Source of the DNA: Gracilinanus agilis
Taxonomy: Eukaryota
Length of the DNA: 64,000 nucleotides
Reading direction: 5' to 3'
Assembly (NCBI RefSeq): GCF_016433145.1
Contig: NC_058134.1
Location: 272,923,748-272,987,747 of the forward strand
Shown: piece after piece, positions 63,134 through 64,000 of the stretch
Layout: the number at the start of each line of letters is the position of its first letter
Position numbering within the stretch: the first letter of the stretch is position 1
Position numbers and translations under genes: made by a program
The notes under the pieces: generated by a model
The model's input: only the letters and a program-made list of their open reading frames with translations
The model's database searches: none
Told to the model about the DNA's origin: nothing

Positions 63134-64000
63134 AAGTTCTCTTTGTTTTAGACTTTTTTAGCCCTCAACTTGCTTATTTCCATCATATGACAAAACTGCT
63201 AAAAAGCTTAGTCAATAAACAATCAATAAATATGTATTAAACACCTACTATGTGCTAGCCACTGTGCTAAGTTCTGGAGATATAAAAGGCAAGAGACAGT
63301 TCCTTTCCTTGAGGAGCTTACAACCCAATGGATCATAAGTGATTATAAATAAAATTATGATCTCCATATTATGGAATTATGATTTATAATTAGAATTTAT
63401 AACTTAAAGGATTATTTTGGGCATGGCAACTTCTCCAGTTTTAAAAGAATTTTAAAATATGAACTTAATCATTAGCACATTCAAACATATGAAACTATGA
63501 ACTTAGGTAGTTTGTTTAAAAAACCATGTGTGGAATTTAGCAAATTAGTAATCTAATTGTCTAGTTTGTATTCCATTCTGAACCTTTTTTTTAACATTTA
63601 TTTTTTCATTTCTTCCACATTCTTCATTTCCCACTAACTCTATATAGACTCCCACCCTTGTAACAAATAACTATAACAATCAAAGCAAATCAATATTGAC
63701 TATGTCTGAAAAAGTATGTCTCACCCAGAACTTTTCTTCCATCACCTTCTTTTTTGGGTTCATTATCGCTCCTTGGAAGCCATAATTGGTCACTGCATTC
63801 TTGTTAAAAATACTGATCCAAGACTTTTCCCTTGACTTACATTATTAGGGTCATCATAGACATTGTTCCCTCACTTTTGCTTATTCCCTTTCTAGTCCAA
63901 ATTGTTCTTATTTGTCATTTCTATTAAAATAATATTCCACTACATCCATCTACCATCACTTATTCAGCCAGTCCCCAGTTGATGGAACATCCACTTTCCA

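Noticed and set aside
44200-64000. RASSF3 terminal coding exon (the tail-to-tail neighbour in human)
   Set aside because: Looked for WEAFSLPELQNFLRIL-type sequence on the minus strand and did not find it; it probably lies beyond the window.

Overview
Eukaryotic (marsupial, probably didelphid/opossum-like, judged from recalled SINE, L1, MAR1 and LTR repeat types) genomic DNA. It contains one complete protein-coding gene, GNS (lysosomal N-acetylglucosamine-6-sulfatase), on the + strand: 14 coding exons from 15275 to 41396, all introns GT-AG, 1671 nt CDS = 556 aa + stop. Its CpG-island promoter carries two CLEAR/E-box motifs, and the long 3' UTR has two candidate poly(A) regions. The rest is mostly transposable-element debris: a decayed Tigger, L1/HAL1, L2, CR1/L3, many tRNA-derived SINEs with target-site duplications, at least two clean solo LTRs, and a perfect-ended hAT MITE. 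I cannot demonstrate a new biological system. The best leads are an orphan CpG island at about 53.7-54.4 kb next to a phase-compatible set of candidate + strand exons (55.4-56.9 kb, about 95 aa ORF), and an unexplained codon-periodic insert at 58.7-59.2 kb. Repeat family names come from memory of consensus sequences, not from a database search. Repeat boundaries without TSDs are approximate.
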